This document shows positions 62,775-64,000 of a stretch of 64,000 nucleotides of DNA, one piece after another. The DNA is taken from positions 17,360,001 through 17,424,000 of the forward strand of contig CATNEN010000001.1 of assembly GCA_950097015.1 (NCBI GenBank), written 5' to 3'. The DNA is from Macrostomum hystrix. Its lineage: Eukaryota > Animalia > Platyhelminthes. The position numbers were made by a program, and so were the translations under genes. Position 1 is the first letter of the stretch, and each line of letters begins with the position of its first letter. Below the pieces are notes generated by a model. It was not told the origin of the DNA, ran no database searches, and worked only from the letters and a program-made list of their open reading frames with translations.

Positions 62775-63370
62775 TCATCCCATAATCCCATAATCACATT
62801 TTCAATCCCATAATCCCATTTTCAATTCCATAATCCCATTCCCAATCCCATAATCCCATTCTAAATTGCATAATCCCATTCCCAATCCCATAATCCTATT
62901 CTAAATCCCATTACCCCATTCTAAATCCCATTATTCCATTCTAAATCCCATAACCCCATTCTCGATCCCATAATCCTATTCTAAATCCCATAATCCCATT
63001 CCCAACATAATCCCATTCTCAATCCCATAATCCCATTCTCAATCCTATAATCCCATTCTAAATCTTATAATCCCATTCTAAATCCCATAATCCCATTCTC
63101 AATCTCATAATCCCATTCTAAATTCCATAATCCCATTCTAAATCCCATTATTCCATTCTAAATCCCATAACCCCATTCTAAATCCCATAATCCCATTCTC
63201 AATCCTATAATCCCATTCTAAATCCCATAATCCCATTTTAAATCCCTATAATCCCATTCTCAATATCAAAATCCCATTTTCAGTCCCATAATCGCATTCC
63301 AAATCTAATAATCCCAATCGAAATCCCTAAACGCCAGTTGAAATCCCATAATCCCATTATTAATCTTAAA
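62775..63370. repeat. Degenerate minisatellite, about 20 bp
   Basis: Unit approximately aatcccataatcccattcta. Confidence 0.9.
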
Positions 63371-63744
63371 ATCACATTCAAAGCTCAACTATCCCTCTTC
63401 GAATCCTAACAACTCGTTCTATATTTGAGAATAATTTTCTAAATTCAGTGTCCCTTCTCGCACGCTAAATTCAACTTTAATTCTGAAATCGCAGATTTAA
63501 TTGTCGTGAAGAATAAAATTCGCAGCAATTTCTTGAATTCTTCACCGATTCATTGAAACTCCATTGGCGCATGGCACAATTTCCTGTAATTTTAAGCATC
63601 ATTCTTTCAGTTTAGTTGTCATAAAGGGCAGAGCTCAATAAATAGATAAATCAACTTACTTCCTGTTCATTGCTTTTTCAAAGAATAAGAAATTTAACAA
63701 CCTATCTTTTAGAACTTGTCACATTGAAAAAGATACTCTACTTG

Positions 63745-64000
63745 TCACTCACCAATTCATTCGGTCTGTCACTCACCAGTTCACTCTGTCAGTCACTCAC
63801 CAGTTCATTCTTTCAGTCACTCACCAGTTCATTCTGTCAGTCACTCACCAGTTCATTCTGTCAGTCACTCACCAGTTCATTCTGTCAGTCACTCACCAGT
63901 TCACTCTGTCAGTCACTCACCAGTTCATTCGGTCAGTCACTCACCAGTTCATTCGGTCAGTCATTCACCAGTTCATTCTGTCAGTCACTCACCAGTTCAC
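63745..64000. repeat. 24-bp minisatellite running off the window end
   Basis: Unit tcactcaccagttcattctgtcag. Confidence 0.9.

Overview
Eukaryotic (animal) genomic DNA with intron-containing genes, tRNA-derived SINEs, DNA transposons and many minisatellites. There is no prokaryotic signal and no CRISPR array. The overall character suggests a free-living flatworm such as Macrostomum, but this is inference only. From left to right: (1) a tandem cluster of divergent orphan class-A GPCRs (partial copy, pseudogene, complete copy); (2) a defective DD34D mariner with long imperfect TIRs; (3) the most striking locus, a 4-exon gene (12811-19863) encoding 31 near-identical 33-aa ankyrin-register repeats with hypervariable helix-1 positions, 3 canonical ankyrin repeats and a cGAS/Mab-21-like nucleotidyltransferase (cGLR) with an intact-looking catalytic signature, interrupted by one CAG>TAG stop in repeat 16; (4) B3GLCT and RWDD1 on the minus strand, about 240-280 bp apart, in an operon/trans-splicing-like arrangement; (5) a 6-exon gene fusing a NOL4-type H2C2 domain to a catalytically dead hAT transposase-like body; (6) a RING-Bbox-Bbox-coiled-coil TRIM gene; (7) the 3' exon of a biogenic amine GPCR. 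Many introns and intergenic gaps are filled by 16-76 bp tandem arrays, some linked to MITEs or SINE tails. All exon structures were inferred by eye from GT-AG signals and frame continuity; no database searches were run.
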